The translations under genes and the position numbers were made by a program. A stretch of 64,000 bases of DNA from Prevotella sp. (GTDB taxonomy: Bacteria; Bacteroidota; Bacteroidia; Bacteroidales; Bacteroidaceae), in the NCBI GenBank assembly GCA_045614255.1, contig JAZLCN010000054.1:34531-98530 (forward strand), given 5' to 3'. Shown piece after piece: positions 48,196 to 57,067 of this stretch. Position 1 is the first letter of the stretch. Each line of letters starts with the position of its first letter. Below the pieces are notes generated by a model. That model was not told where the DNA came from and ran no database searches. It was given only the letters and a program-made list of their open reading frames with translations.

Positions 48196-49683
48196 ATGAG
48201 AAAAGTTTTGATGTTTATGATGGCAGCGCTATTGGTTGCTTGCCAGTCAAACCAAGAGATTGCGAGCGATAATCCTTACAAGCAGTACACAGAAGGCCTG
48301 CCTTTTGAAATGCCAGAGGTTAAAGCTCCAGTGTTCCCAGACAATACCGTTCTGCTCAGCGATTTCGGAGCAGTGGGCAACGGTCAGCAGTTATGCACAG
48401 AAGCATTTGCCAAAGCCATCGATGCCCTTACAGCCAAAGGCGGCGGTAAACTTGTTGTGCCACGTGGTGTATGGCACACTGGTCCTATTGTTCTGAAGAG
48501 CAACATAAACCTTCATCTTGATAAAGGTGCAGTAATCCTGTTTGCAGCAGACGAGACACTCTATTCTCTTATCAAGACATCATTCGAGGGACTCGACACA
48601 CGCCGTTGCCAGTCACCGCTTAGTGCAGACAGTGCAGAGAACATTGCCATCACAGGTAATGGTGTAATCGACGGTAACGGACAGTACTGGCGTCCTTTGA
48701 AGCGCGAGAAGGTTACAGATGCCCAGTGGCAGAAATTCACATCTGTTGAGGGTGGTGTGCTCCATTCACCAAAGATGTGGTATCCATCAGAGGGATATGC
48801 CAAGGGTGCTAATGCAGCTAATATGAATGTGCCAACAAACATGAATACAGAGGAAGACTGGAACAGCATCAAGCGTTTCCTTCGCCCAGTGATGGTTAGT
48901 CTTGTTAACTGCAAGAACGTGCTTCTCAAAGACGTAATCTTCCAGAACTCACCAGCATGGAACATCCATCCTCTGATGTGCGAGAATATTATCATCGACG
49001 GTGTGCTTGCGCGCAATCCTGATTATGCTCAGAATGGCGATGCCCTCGACCTCGAGTCATGTAAGAATGCCCTTATCATCAACTCTGAGTTTGATGCTGG
49101 CGATGACGGTATCTGTATCAAGAGCGGTAAGGATGCCGACGGTCGCCGCAGAGGCAAACCATGCGAGAATGTGGTTGTAGACGGCTGTACCGTATTTGCA
49201 GGCCATGGCGGTTTCGTTGTAGGTTCAGAGATGAGCGGCGGCGTTCGTAATATTAAGGTGACCAACTGCCAGTTTGTTGGTACCGACGTAGGTCTTCGCT
49301 TCAAGAGCACCCGTGGTCGTGGCGGTATTGTAGAAAACATCTTCATCGATGGCGTTTCTATGTGCAACATCAAGAACGATGCCATTATCTTCAATATGTA
49401 TTATGGCGGCAAGTCTGTTGCTGAGGCTGTTGCCGATGGCGACAAACCAAACCATGCTGATGTTAAGCCTGTTGACGAGACTACACCAATCTTCCGCAAG
49501 ATAGATATCCGCAATGTTGTTTGCAATGGTGCAGGCCGTGCTATGACATTCAATGGCTTGCCAGAAATGCCTATCGATGGCATTAACCTCGAGAATATTG
49601 AGATTGTGGCCGACAAGGGTGATGAGTTCAACAACTCTATCAACATCACAAAGAACAATGTGAATATCATTGTTAAGGAATAA
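48196..49683 (+). CDS. Glycoside hydrolase family 28 lipoprotein (polygalacturonase-like)
   Basis: Lipobox LLVAC; NGDALD, GDDGICIKSG, GHGGFVVGSE, RFKS. Confidence 0.92.
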   Translation: MRKVLMFMMAALLVACQSNQEIASDNPYKQYTEGLPFEMPEVKAPVFPDNTVLLSDFGAVGNGQQLCTEAFAKAIDALTAKGGGKLVVPRGVWHTGPIVLKSNINLHLDKGAVILFAADETLYSLIKTSFEGLDTRRCQSPLSADSAENIAITGNGVIDGNGQYWRPLKREKVTDAQWQKFTSVEGGVLHSPKMWYPSEGYAKGANAANMNVPTNMNTEEDWNSIKRFLRPVMVSLVNCKNVLLKDVIFQNSPAWNIHPLMCENIIIDGVLARNPDYAQNGDALDLESCKNALIINSEFDAGDDGICIKSGKDADGRRRGKPCENVVVDGCTVFAGHGGFVVGSEMSGGVRNIKVTNCQFVGTDVGLRFKSTRGRGGIVENIFIDGVSMCNIKNDAIIFNMYYGGKSVAEAVADGDKPNHADVKPVDETTPIFRKIDIRNVVCNGAGRAMTFNGLPEMPIDGINLENIEIVADKGDEFNNSINITKNNVNIIVKE

Positions 49684-49704
49684 TTGGTAGTAGGCTGAGA
49701 TATT

Positions 49705-49775
49705 AAAGACAACGAATTAAGCGGATTATACTAATTCTTAGTTGATTAGTATAATAAGTTTAATTCGTTGTCTTT
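49705..49775. repeat. Long palindromic element, 9-bp-period family (copy 2); probable terminator
   Basis: Perfect 16-bp outer stem AAAGACAACGAATTAA/TTAATTCGTTGTCTTT and 10-bp inner stem TTATACTAAT/ATTAGTATAA, then a T-run. Confidence 0.8.
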
Positions 49776-49875
49776 TTTTATGCTCATACCTTTTGACTGA
49801 GGAAAGAATAACTAATACTTACTGCGCAAAGAGAAAAAACAGAATAAAAAACTTGTCTGATTAAAGAAAAAGCAG

Positions 49876-49883
49876 TAACTTTG
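49876..49883 (+). promoter_or_regulatory. -7 element TAACTTTG for rpsO
   Basis: Consensus match; implies a 5' UTR of about 100 nt. Confidence 0.65.
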
Positions 49884-49889
49884 CACCCG

Positions 49890-49989
49890 ATTTCGGAAAA
49901 TCCGATGCATCCGATGACGTCAGATGTTGTGATTAAGGCATTTATGCGTTTGAGGAATGTAATAATTAACTCATTAATCAAAAAAAACT
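49890..49989 (+). ncRNA. Candidate uS15-binding autoregulatory leader
   Basis: Hand-folded three-way junction: TGATTAA/TTAATCA, GCAT/ATGC, TGAG/CTCA, with GGC at the junction. Confidence 0.4.
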
Positions 49990-50259
49990 ATGTATTTAGA
50001 CAAAGCTAAAAAGCAGGAGATTTTTGCACAGCACGGCAAGTCTGCAACTGATACAGGTTCAGCAGAAAGCCAGATTGCATTGTTCACTTACCGTATCGCT
50101 CACCTCACAGAGCACCTGAAGCAGAACCACAAGGATTTTGTTACAGAGCGTTCACTGACAAAGTTGGTAGGTCAGCGCCGCGCCCTCTTGAAGTATCTTT
50201 ACGATCGCGACATCAACCGCTATCGTGCTATCATCAAGGCTCTCGGTCTGCGTAAGTAA
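49990..50259 (+). CDS. rpsO: 30S ribosomal protein uS15
   Basis: DTGSAESQIALFT.RI.HLTEHL, RSL.KLVGQRR.LL.YL, LGLRK. Confidence 0.98.
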   Translation: MYLDKAKKQEIFAQHGKSATDTGSAESQIALFTYRIAHLTEHLKQNHKDFVTERSLTKLVGQRRALLKYLYDRDINRYRAIIKALGLRK

Positions 50260-50287
50260 TTTCCTGTTTTCACAGATTAAAAAGACA

Positions 50288-50315
50288 AAGGGGTTGTGCA
50301 TCCGCGCAACCCCTT
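50288..50315 (+). terminator. Intrinsic terminator after rpsO
   Basis: AAGGGGTTGTGC-ATCC-GCGCAACCCCTT followed by ATTTT. Confidence 0.75.
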
Positions 50316-50364
50316 ATTTTATTCGTTTTTAGGCGATTTACATTGATATATAAAATAAATATTG

Positions 50365-50372
50365 TAACTTTG
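50365..50372 (+). promoter_or_regulatory. -7 element TAACTTTG for typA
   Basis: Consensus match. Confidence 0.6.
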
Positions 50373-50398
50373 CATCCGTTTTTTAAAGGATAAAGAAA

Positions 50399-52201
50399 AT
50401 GCAAGACATCAGGAATATTGCGATAATAGCCCACGTTGACCATGGCAAGACAACACTTGTAGACAAGATGATGCTAGCAGGCAATCTGTTTCGTGAGGGA
50501 CAGAACCTGAGCGGACAGGTACTCGATGCCAACGACCTGGAGCGTGAGCGAGGGATAACAATTCTTTCCAAAAACGTTTCAATAAACTGGAAAGGAACAA
50601 AAATCAATATCATTGACACTCCGGGACACTCTGACTTCGGTGGCGAGGTAGAGCGTGTGCTCAACATGGCAGACGGCTGTATCCTGCTCGTAGATGCTTT
50701 TGAGGGTCCTATGCCACAAACACGCTTTGTGTTGCAGAAGGCATTGCAGATTGGTTTGAAACCAATCGTGGTAGTCAACAAGGTTGACAAGCCCAACTGC
50801 CGTCCTGAGGAGGTTTATGAGATGGTGTTCGACCTGATGTTCTCGCTTAATGCCACTGAAGACCAGCTCGACTTCCCCGTTGTCTATGGCTCTGCCAAGA
50901 ACGGATGGATGGGCGAGGACTACAATAAACCAACCACCGACCTTACCTATCTCCTCGACAAGATAGTAGAGGTGATACCTGCGCCAAGAGTGATTGAGGG
51001 CACACCGCAGATGCTCATCACCTCGCTCGACTACAGCAGCTATACAGGACGTATAGCCGTGGGACGTGTTCACCGCGGCACTCTTGCCGAGGGCATGAAC
51101 ATCACTATCACCCATCGCGACGGAAAGCAGGAGAAGACTCGCATTAAGGAACTGCACACCTTCGATGGCATGGGCCATGTTAAGACCGATAGGGTGGAGA
51201 GCGGAGACATCTGCGCCATCATCGGACTGGAGAAGTTTGAGATTGGCGATACCATCTGTGATTTCGAAAATCCCGACCCGCTGCCACCGATAGCCATCGA
51301 CGAGCCAACCATGTCGATGCTCTTTACCATCAACGACTCACCATTCTTCGGTAAGGAGGGTAAGTTTGTTACCAGCCGCCATATCAACGACCGCCTGCAG
51401 AAGGAGCTTGAGAAGAATCTTGCCCTGCGTGTGGAGCAGTTTGAGGACAACACCGACAAGTGGGTTGTAAGCGGGCGTGGCGTGCTTCATCTCAGTGTGC
51501 TCATCGAGACCATGCGCCGCGAGGGCTACGAGCTTCAGGTGGGTCAGCCACAGGTAATATACAAAGAAATCAATGGCGTTAAGTGCGAGCCTATTGAGGA
51601 GATGACCATCAACGTGCCTGAGGAGTTCTCATCTAAGATGATAGACATGGTTACACGCCGCAAGGGCGAGATGACCTCGATGGAGAGTCAGGGCGACCGT
51701 GTTAACATTGAGTTTGATGTGCCTTCACGCGGAATAATCGGTTTGCGCACCAACATACTCACAGCCAGTCAGGGTGAGGCCATCATGGCCCATCGCTTCA
51801 AGGAGTACCAGCCATACAAGGGCGACATCACACGCCGCCTCAACGGAAGCATGATAGCACTGGAGTCGGGCACAGCCTATGCCTATTCTATAGACAAACT
51901 GCAGGACCGTGGAAAATTCTTCATCGATCCAGGCGACGAGGTTTACATGGGCGAGGTTGTGGGCGAGCATATCCATGACAACGACCTTGTGATAAATGTA
52001 GCAAAGGCAAAGCAGCTTACCAATACGCGTGCCAGCGGTAGCGACGATAAGGCCCGCATTGTGCCACGCACAGTTCTGTCGCTCGAGGAGGCTCTGGAAT
52101 ATATCAAACCCGACGAGCTTGTTGAGGTAACACCAAAGAGCATGCGCATGCGCAAGATAATCCTCGACCATAACGAGCGCAAGAAGGCAAACAAGGAGTA
52201 A
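50399..52201 (+). CDS. typA: Translational GTPase TypA/BipA
   Basis: [46 protein letters not shown]. Confidence 0.97.
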   Translation: MQDIRNIAIIAHVDHGKTTLVDKMMLAGNLFREGQNLSGQVLDANDLERERGITILSKNVSINWKGTKINIIDTPGHSDFGGEVERVLNMADGCILLVDAFEGPMPQTRFVLQKALQIGLKPIVVVNKVDKPNCRPEEVYEMVFDLMFSLNATEDQLDFPVVYGSAKNGWMGEDYNKPTTDLTYLLDKIVEVIPAPRVIEGTPQMLITSLDYSSYTGRIAVGRVHRGTLAEGMNITITHRDGKQEKTRIKELHTFDGMGHVKTDRVESGDICAIIGLEKFEIGDTICDFENPDPLPPIAIDEPTMSMLFTINDSPFFGKEGKFVTSRHINDRLQKELEKNLALRVEQFEDNTDKWVVSGRGVLHLSVLIETMRREGYELQVGQPQVIYKEINGVKCEPIEEMTINVPEEFSSKMIDMVTRRKGEMTSMESQGDRVNIEFDVPSRGIIGLRTNILTASQGEAIMAHRFKEYQPYKGDITRRLNGSMIALESGTAYAYSIDKLQDRGKFFIDPGDEVYMGEVVGEHIHDNDLVINVAKAKQLTNTRASGSDDKARIVPRTVLSLEEALEYIKPDELVEVTPKSMRMRKIILDHNERKKANKE

Positions 52202-52228
52202 GAGAAGCACTGCATATCACTCTCTCTT

Positions 52229-52303
52229 CAACCACGAATTACGCTAATTTCTCTAATTTATATTCTTTAATATAATTAGTAGGATTAGAGTAATTCGTGG
52301 TTG
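52229..52303. repeat. Long palindromic element, 9-bp-period family (copy 3)
   Basis: Perfect 14-bp stem CAACCACGAATTAC/GTAATTCGTGGTTG; units cgaattacg ctaatttct ctaatttat. Confidence 0.8.
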
Positions 52304-52352
52304 TTTTAGTATATCCCTCAACCAGCTCTAAGGATTCGGATTAACGTTGAAC

Positions 52353-52522
52353 GATTAACGATTAACGATGAGCGTTGAACGATAAGGAATCTCAAAATCC
52401 TTATACAACAAAATTATATTAATTTCTGTCCAAATAATCCTTCAAATCCCAAAATCCTTAGAACGATTAAAGATTAACGATTAACGATGAGCGGTGAACG
52501 ATAAGAAATCCCCAAATCCTTA
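52353..52522. repeat. 51-bp direct repeat containing AACGATT heptamers
   Basis: Copies at 52353-52403 and 52472-52522, 4 mismatches. Confidence 0.8.
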
Positions 52523-52557
52523 GAAAAAATCATCAATTCTCAGTACCAAGATTTTTT

Positions 52558-52976
52558 GAAAAATTTTGACAAACCCCTCCCGAAAATCCCCAATTAACTG
52601 CCTCAAAACTCGAGAATTCTGAACAAAAAAATATTTTGCCCGAAAAAACGCCAAAAAATGCATATAACTCTAAAACCTTGAACCTCAAAACCTTATAACC
52701 TAAAACACGAAAGTGTGCAAAAAATTTGGCCTTTTTAATTTCCAAAACCTATCGTTTTACTCACCAAAACCATAGGTTTTGCTTTCCAAGATGATAGGTT
52801 TTGCAACGCAAAACCATAGAAAACGGAGCTCAAAACCTATGTTTTTGAAAAATAAAGTCGTGTTTTTGGCGTTTCAATACCATTTTTCTTGCTTTCAAAC
52901 CCCAATTTCTTCTCTAGATTGAAAAATAAAAATGTCAAAAATTTTCGGAATTTTTACTACGAAAATTTTTGACAAA
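52558..52976. repeat. AT-rich phased A-tract element (11/22-bp period) bounded by AAAATTTTGACA motifs
   Basis: CAAAACC/GGTTTTG units recur at about 11/22-nt spacing across 52743-52845; 12-bp inverted repeat at 52560-52571 / 52933-52944. Confidence 0.6.
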
Positions 52977-53001
52977 ATCATTTCAGAACTGTGACATAAA
53001 C

Positions 53002-53033
53002 AAAGCCGTTGATGTTTGAATGGCAACGGCTTT
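53002..53033. terminator. Intrinsic terminator after the DUF3990 cassette
   Basis: AAAGCCGTTG...CAACGGCTTT 10-bp stem. Confidence 0.75.
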
Positions 53034-53067
53034 ATATATTATTTGCAAGTTAGGCAAAAGAGAACGT

Positions 53068-53289
53068 TTAACTAAGTTCGGCCTCAAGTTCCTGATACAA
53101 AGCAACAGGTCCTAAATGCCACATTTTAGTGCTTTCAACCTTAAGTTTCTTATATAGTTTGGAAGCGTATATCTTTTTAATTGCATCAACAATGCTTATG
53201 TCTTTATACTCCACAAGCATGCTTGCCAGACAACTGACTTTTGAAGGCAGTAAAAGGTATAGATTTTCTTGATTGATTTCTCCTATCAT
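53068..53289 (-). CDS. Small helical protein, DUF3791-like
   Basis: 73 aa; [24 protein letters not shown]; 4-nt overlap with the upstream gene. Confidence 0.65.
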   Translation of the reverse strand: MIGEINQENLYLLLPSKVSCLASMLVEYKDISIVDAIKKIYASKLYKKLKVESTKMWHLGPVALYQELEAELS

Positions 53290-53768
53290 AATACAACTTC
53301 TTTAGCTTCAACGAACTTAATAGCCTTTAATGATTTCTCTGTATGAAATAAATACTGATCCACCAACTTGTATGCTTTTAATTCTTTTATGAGTGTTTGC
53401 TTGTCAATGATACCTCCTTCAAAAAGAGCAAAAGCCGCATAAACTTTATCGTTTGCAACAGGACCATATACGATATCGTAATCATGGTTGAAATCTTTCT
53501 GAGTGCGATTGCACATAACAAAATCTACCCATTCTTCAGATGGCTTGTCAAATGATAAAGAATTGAATTGCTTGATAGAACTTTCGTCAAGTTCATAAAC
53601 ATTAACAAAACCTGATAGGGTTTCGCTATCCAGTTTGCGTTTAACCCAATCTTCTGCTTGCTTATATGATGTGGTGGTATAAAATCCGGAACCATAATCT
53701 AAAGACCTGCTTGGTTTACGGATTTCCGGATTTTCAACTTTTTCTGTACTTCCGTGATATAGAATCAT
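53286..53768 (-). CDS. DUF3990 domain protein (predicted ADP-ribosyltransferase fold)
   Basis: [41 protein letters not shown]. Confidence 0.8.
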   Translation of the reverse strand: MILYHGSTEKVENPEIRKPSRSLDYGSGFYTTTSYKQAEDWVKRKLDSETLSGFVNVYELDESSIKQFNSLSFDKPSEEWVDFVMCNRTQKDFNHDYDIVYGPVANDKVYAAFALFEGGIIDKQTLIKELKAYKLVDQYLFHTEKSLKAIKFVEAKEVVL

Positions 53769-53986
53769 AATAAGTTCTTTTTTTTGCTGATAAATTCTTC
53801 AATATCTGCGATAAGCCACTGTCTGCTTTGAGTGTGTAAAACGTCGAAATAGTCCTTTAGATAATCGAATACTTCATACTCTGAAAATATTGCGACAACC
53901 TTGTCTTCGTCAAATCCTTTTTCATTCATATACTGTTCAATACAGAATGAAATAAAATATGTTATGTCTTTTAGATTCTTATCCAT
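53765..53986 (-). CDS. DUF3791 domain protein
   Basis: [32 protein letters not shown]. Confidence 0.75.
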   Translation of the reverse strand: MDKNLKDITYFISFCIEQYMNEKGFDEDKVVAIFSEYEVFDYLKDYFDVLHTQSRQWLIADIEEFISKKKNLL

Positions 53987-54018
53987 ACACTCTACGGTCT
54001 TGTAAAAACAATATAAAG

Positions 54019-54495
54019 TTACGGATACACCAGATTCTCCTCCTTGATTACTTCAAGCACTTCGGTCAAGTATTTCTTTGCCTCAAAGCGTGCCATAGGC
54101 AGGTCTTGCAGCAGGTAGTTGCCACAGTCTTTTGGTGCTGCACCAGGAATCTCGCCATCGTAGTCGGCAATGAAACGGAAGGTGCGTGTCATCAAGTCGA
54201 CAATATCACGGCTCTCAAGGTCGCCCTTCAGCAATAGGTAATTGCCTGTTAGGCAGCCCATAGGGCCCCAATATACTATGCGGTCTTGCCATTCCTTATC
54301 GTTGCGCAGGAATGTTGCTGCTAGATGTTCAATGGTGTGCAGAGCACCCTGATGCAGAGCCGGTTCGCGGTTGGGCTCTTTCATTCTTATGTCGAATGTG
54401 GTGACGGTATCGCCACCCACGCTATCCTTGCGTGAAACGTAGATGCCACGAAGCAGTTTGTCGTGGTCGATAGTGAAGCTTGGTATTTTTTTCAT
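54019..54495 (-). CDS. luxS: S-ribosylhomocysteine lyase
   Basis: SFTIDH, FDIRMKEPN, HTIEH, GPMGCLTG, CGNY. Confidence 0.96.
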   Translation of the reverse strand: MKKIPSFTIDHDKLLRGIYVSRKDSVGGDTVTTFDIRMKEPNREPALHQGALHTIEHLAATFLRNDKEWQDRIVYWGPMGCLTGNYLLLKGDLESRDIVDLMTRTFRFIADYDGEIPGAAPKDCGNYLLQDLPMARFEAKKYLTEVLEVIKEENLVYP

Positions 54496-54500
54496 AATTA

Positions 54501-54570
54501 TGAACGATTAGCGATTAGCGATGAACGATTAGCGATGAACGATGAACGATTAACGATTAACGTTGAACGA
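54501..54570. repeat. Ten in-register heptamers T(G/T)A(A/G)CG(A/T)
   Basis: tgaacga ttagcga ttagcga tgaacga ttagcga tgaacga tgaacga ttaacga ttaacgt tgaacga. Confidence 0.9.
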
Positions 54571-54584
54571 TTACTATTGCAAAT

Positions 54585-54687
54585 AACTCGTCAACTCGTT
54601 TACTTGTCAACTTGTTTACTTCAACAAACAACTTGTCAACTTGTTTACTCGTCAACTTGTCAACTTAAAAAATCAACTTGTCAACTT
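54585..54687. repeat. Octamer array (CAACTTGT/CAACTCGT) overlapping the mtnN 3' end
   Basis: Read directly; the last codons of mtnN are AAG TTG ACA AGT TGA. Confidence 0.8.
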
Positions 54688-55362
54688 CAATAAAAAACTC
54701 TTTGTTACGTTAAACGAGTTGTCGGAAATCTTATCCCAGAAGTCGAAGTACTGTTGTGCTTTGTTGTCCTTGAGCGGTATGTCGCTGATGATGCGGAAAC
54801 TGATGAAAGGCACATCATACTGGTGGCATACATGGGCTATGGCTGCTGACTCCATGTCAACCGCCATGGCGTCGGGGAAGTTGGCTATGATGGAACTCAT
54901 CTTCTCACGCGAGTCAACAAACCAGTCACCAGTAACAATCAGTCCCTTGTTTATCTTTGTTCCGCAATCCACACTCATGGCTTTCTCTATGAGAGTGGCA
55001 TCAGAGTCGAAACGTGCAGGACAACCGATAATCTGTCCGTAAGCAACCTCGCTGCCACAATAAGCGTCATGATAGCAAGTTTGTGTGCTTGCCACTACCT
55101 CTTGTACCTCAAGTGATGTGTCTGCACCTCCAGCCACACCAGTAGATATTACCATGTCTGGTGCGAAAGCATTAATCATGTCGGTTGCGCCGATGGCAGC
55201 GTTCACCTTGCCGATGCCGCACTGGTGCATGATAAGGGTGCTGCTACCCATTGTTCCAGTAACGTAAACACGTCCATTGCGTTTGGTCTCTTCTGTATTT
55301 TCAAGTAACGATTTGATGCGCTGGAACTCTTTGTCCATTGCGATGATTATTCCTATTTTCAT
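54673..55362 (-). CDS. mtnN: 5'-methylthioadenosine/S-adenosylhomocysteine nucleosidase
   Basis: MKIGIIIAM..E, CGIGKVNAA, STGVAGG, GDWF, VDMESAAIAHVC, FRIISD. Confidence 0.95.
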   Translation of the reverse strand: MKIGIIIAMDKEFQRIKSLLENTEETKRNGRVYVTGTMGSSTLIMHQCGIGKVNAAIGATDMINAFAPDMVISTGVAGGADTSLEVQEVVASTQTCYHDAYCGSEVAYGQIIGCPARFDSDATLIEKAMSVDCGTKINKGLIVTGDWFVDSREKMSSIIANFPDAMAVDMESAAIAHVCHQYDVPFISFRIISDIPLKDNKAQQYFDFWDKISDNSFNVTKSFLLKLTS

Positions 55363-55373
55363 ATTGTTTTTTT

Positions 55374-55492
55374 AAGTTGACGAGTTGATTTCTAAGTTGA
55401 CGAGTTGACAAGTTGACGAGTTGTTTGATTCAGTTGACGAGTTGACAAGTTGATGAGTTGACAAGTTAATTGTTGAAGTTGACGAGTTGACG
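55374..55492. repeat. Octamer array AGTTGAC(A/G) directly upstream of the mtnN start
   Basis: About 12 units, interrupted by TGTTTGATT-like spacers. Confidence 0.85.
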
Positions 55493-55509
55493 ATTTATTT
55501 GCTATTAAA

Positions 55510-55566
55510 CTCTCATCCCTCATCTCTCATCCCTCATCTCTTATCTCTCATCCCTCATCCCTCATC
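55510..55566. repeat. Heptamer array CTCATC(C/T) overlapping the TolB-like gene stop
   Basis: The ORF ends ATG AGG GAT GAG GGA TGA. Confidence 0.85.
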
Positions 55567-57053
55567 GTTACTTTCTCTCCCTCAGAACCCTTCAGTGTAT
55601 TGGCGAAGTTGCGTGGATTGATGTCTACAGGTCCGTTCATAAACTCCACCACGTTGTAACTTAAAGTCATAACTTTATGTAGCTCGGGGTCTGCCTGTGG
55701 CAACTCGAATGGCTTAGAGGCATTGCCGTTGCTGTCGATATGAGAGATGAAAGGGCGAGTGTAGTTGCCATCATTGCGACGAGAGTTGAATATCATCCAT
55801 CTGCCGTTGCTTGACCATGAGTGATAACTCTCGCTCCTGTTGGAGTTTAGTCCGGTCATTGGCTTGCTCTCCATGGTGCGCAAGTCCATTATGTATAGGT
55901 CGGCATCGTTGTGCCAAACATGGAAGCAACCATATTCTCCCTGAGCGTATACAAGATAGTTGCCGCAAGGCGAGATGCGGGGCAGGGTAGCGCTCTTATT
56001 GGTTGCCGTGGCATCCCATATAATCTCAGTATCACCAAATCGCATTTCCTTTTCATAGAACGGTTTGCGGCAGATGCTGTATTTTATTTCGTTGTATCTG
56101 AAATTTGCGTCATACTCTTTGCCGATGGAGTCGCTGAACTCTATTCTTGCACTGCAATAGTAAAGCCATTTGCCATCTGGCGACCAGAATGGGAATGACT
56201 CCATCTCTTCTTTAAGGCAAGAGACTCGCATTATGGTGTTATTGTCGGCATCGAATAAAATCAGGTCGCTCTCGGTGTCAAACACCTCAACCTTATTCAG
56301 GTTTTTAGTGTGGAAGTTCTGTTGCGTGCGGTTTGATGAGTATGCTATCAGGTTAAGACGTGGATGCCATGCTGGATAGACACCTGCACTGAGCAGTGAG
56401 TCGTGCTTCATGTTTATCTTTTTAATTTTCCCGTCCATGGCAATGATAGTGCCACCGTTCTGCTGACGGGCATGGAACTGCATCTTGTTAGGATTGTAGT
56501 TCTGATAACTGTGGCAATTAATGCATTGCTCACCGCTCTCGCTGCTGCAAAGCATATTGTCGTAGATTACCGACTCGTCGAAATTCTCGAGACATCTTTG
56601 ATTTATGGTCAGTTGCTCGTATGTTACGTATGACGGCGGTATCAGTCGGTAACTGATATACGGATTGATGGAATCAGGAGACACACTAATGGCAAACGGC
56701 TTGTGCTGCGTCCATCCGTCATTGTTTTCGGTATAAACAGTAACCTGCAACTTATTGCCTTTGGCTTTGTTGAGCAGTTCTTTCCATTCATCAATGTCGG
56801 GCATAGCCTTTATTCCGCCGCACAATATCTCGCTGTCCTGATAAGATATGCGCGTCACCATGTTTGTGGCCTCGCCTTTATACATGAAACAAAGCGGTGA
56901 TATGTTCACTGGAATAGTTGTTTCAACATAATCAGGGTAAATATCAGGTATAGCCCCCGATTCTTTGTAATTCTCTGGAACCTTTATGTTGTTACAGGCA
57001 ACCAATGTTATGGTAGCAAAAACAACTGACAATATATATGTAATCTTTCTCAT
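55548..57053 (-). CDS. TolB-like/PD40 beta-propeller lipoprotein
   Basis: Lipobox TLVAC; CINCH; YPAWHP, FPFWSPDGKWLYY, LPRISPCG, YHSWSSNGRWMIF. Confidence 0.8.
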   Translation of the reverse strand: MRKITYILSVVFATITLVACNNIKVPENYKESGAIPDIYPDYVETTIPVNISPLCFMYKGEATNMVTRISYQDSEILCGGIKAMPDIDEWKELLNKAKGNKLQVTVYTENNDGWTQHKPFAISVSPDSINPYISYRLIPPSYVTYEQLTINQRCLENFDESVIYDNMLCSSESGEQCINCHSYQNYNPNKMQFHARQQNGGTIIAMDGKIKKINMKHDSLLSAGVYPAWHPRLNLIAYSSNRTQQNFHTKNLNKVEVFDTESDLILFDADNNTIMRVSCLKEEMESFPFWSPDGKWLYYCSARIEFSDSIGKEYDANFRYNEIKYSICRKPFYEKEMRFGDTEIIWDATATNKSATLPRISPCGNYLVYAQGEYGCFHVWHNDADLYIMDLRTMESKPMTGLNSNRSESYHSWSSNGRWMIFNSRRNDGNYTRPFISHIDSNGNASKPFELPQADPELHKVMTLSYNVVEFMNGPVDINPRNFANTLKGSEGEKVTMRDEG

Positions 57054-57067
57054 AATCTAACTTTCTG

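Noticed and set aside
50579-52215. Long minus-strand ORFs opposite typA
   Set aside because: Typical antisense frames of a GC-richer, codon-biased gene.
52533-52745. 70-aa Phe/Lys-rich ORF
   Set aside because: Its composition reflects the phased A/T tracts; it is most likely spurious.
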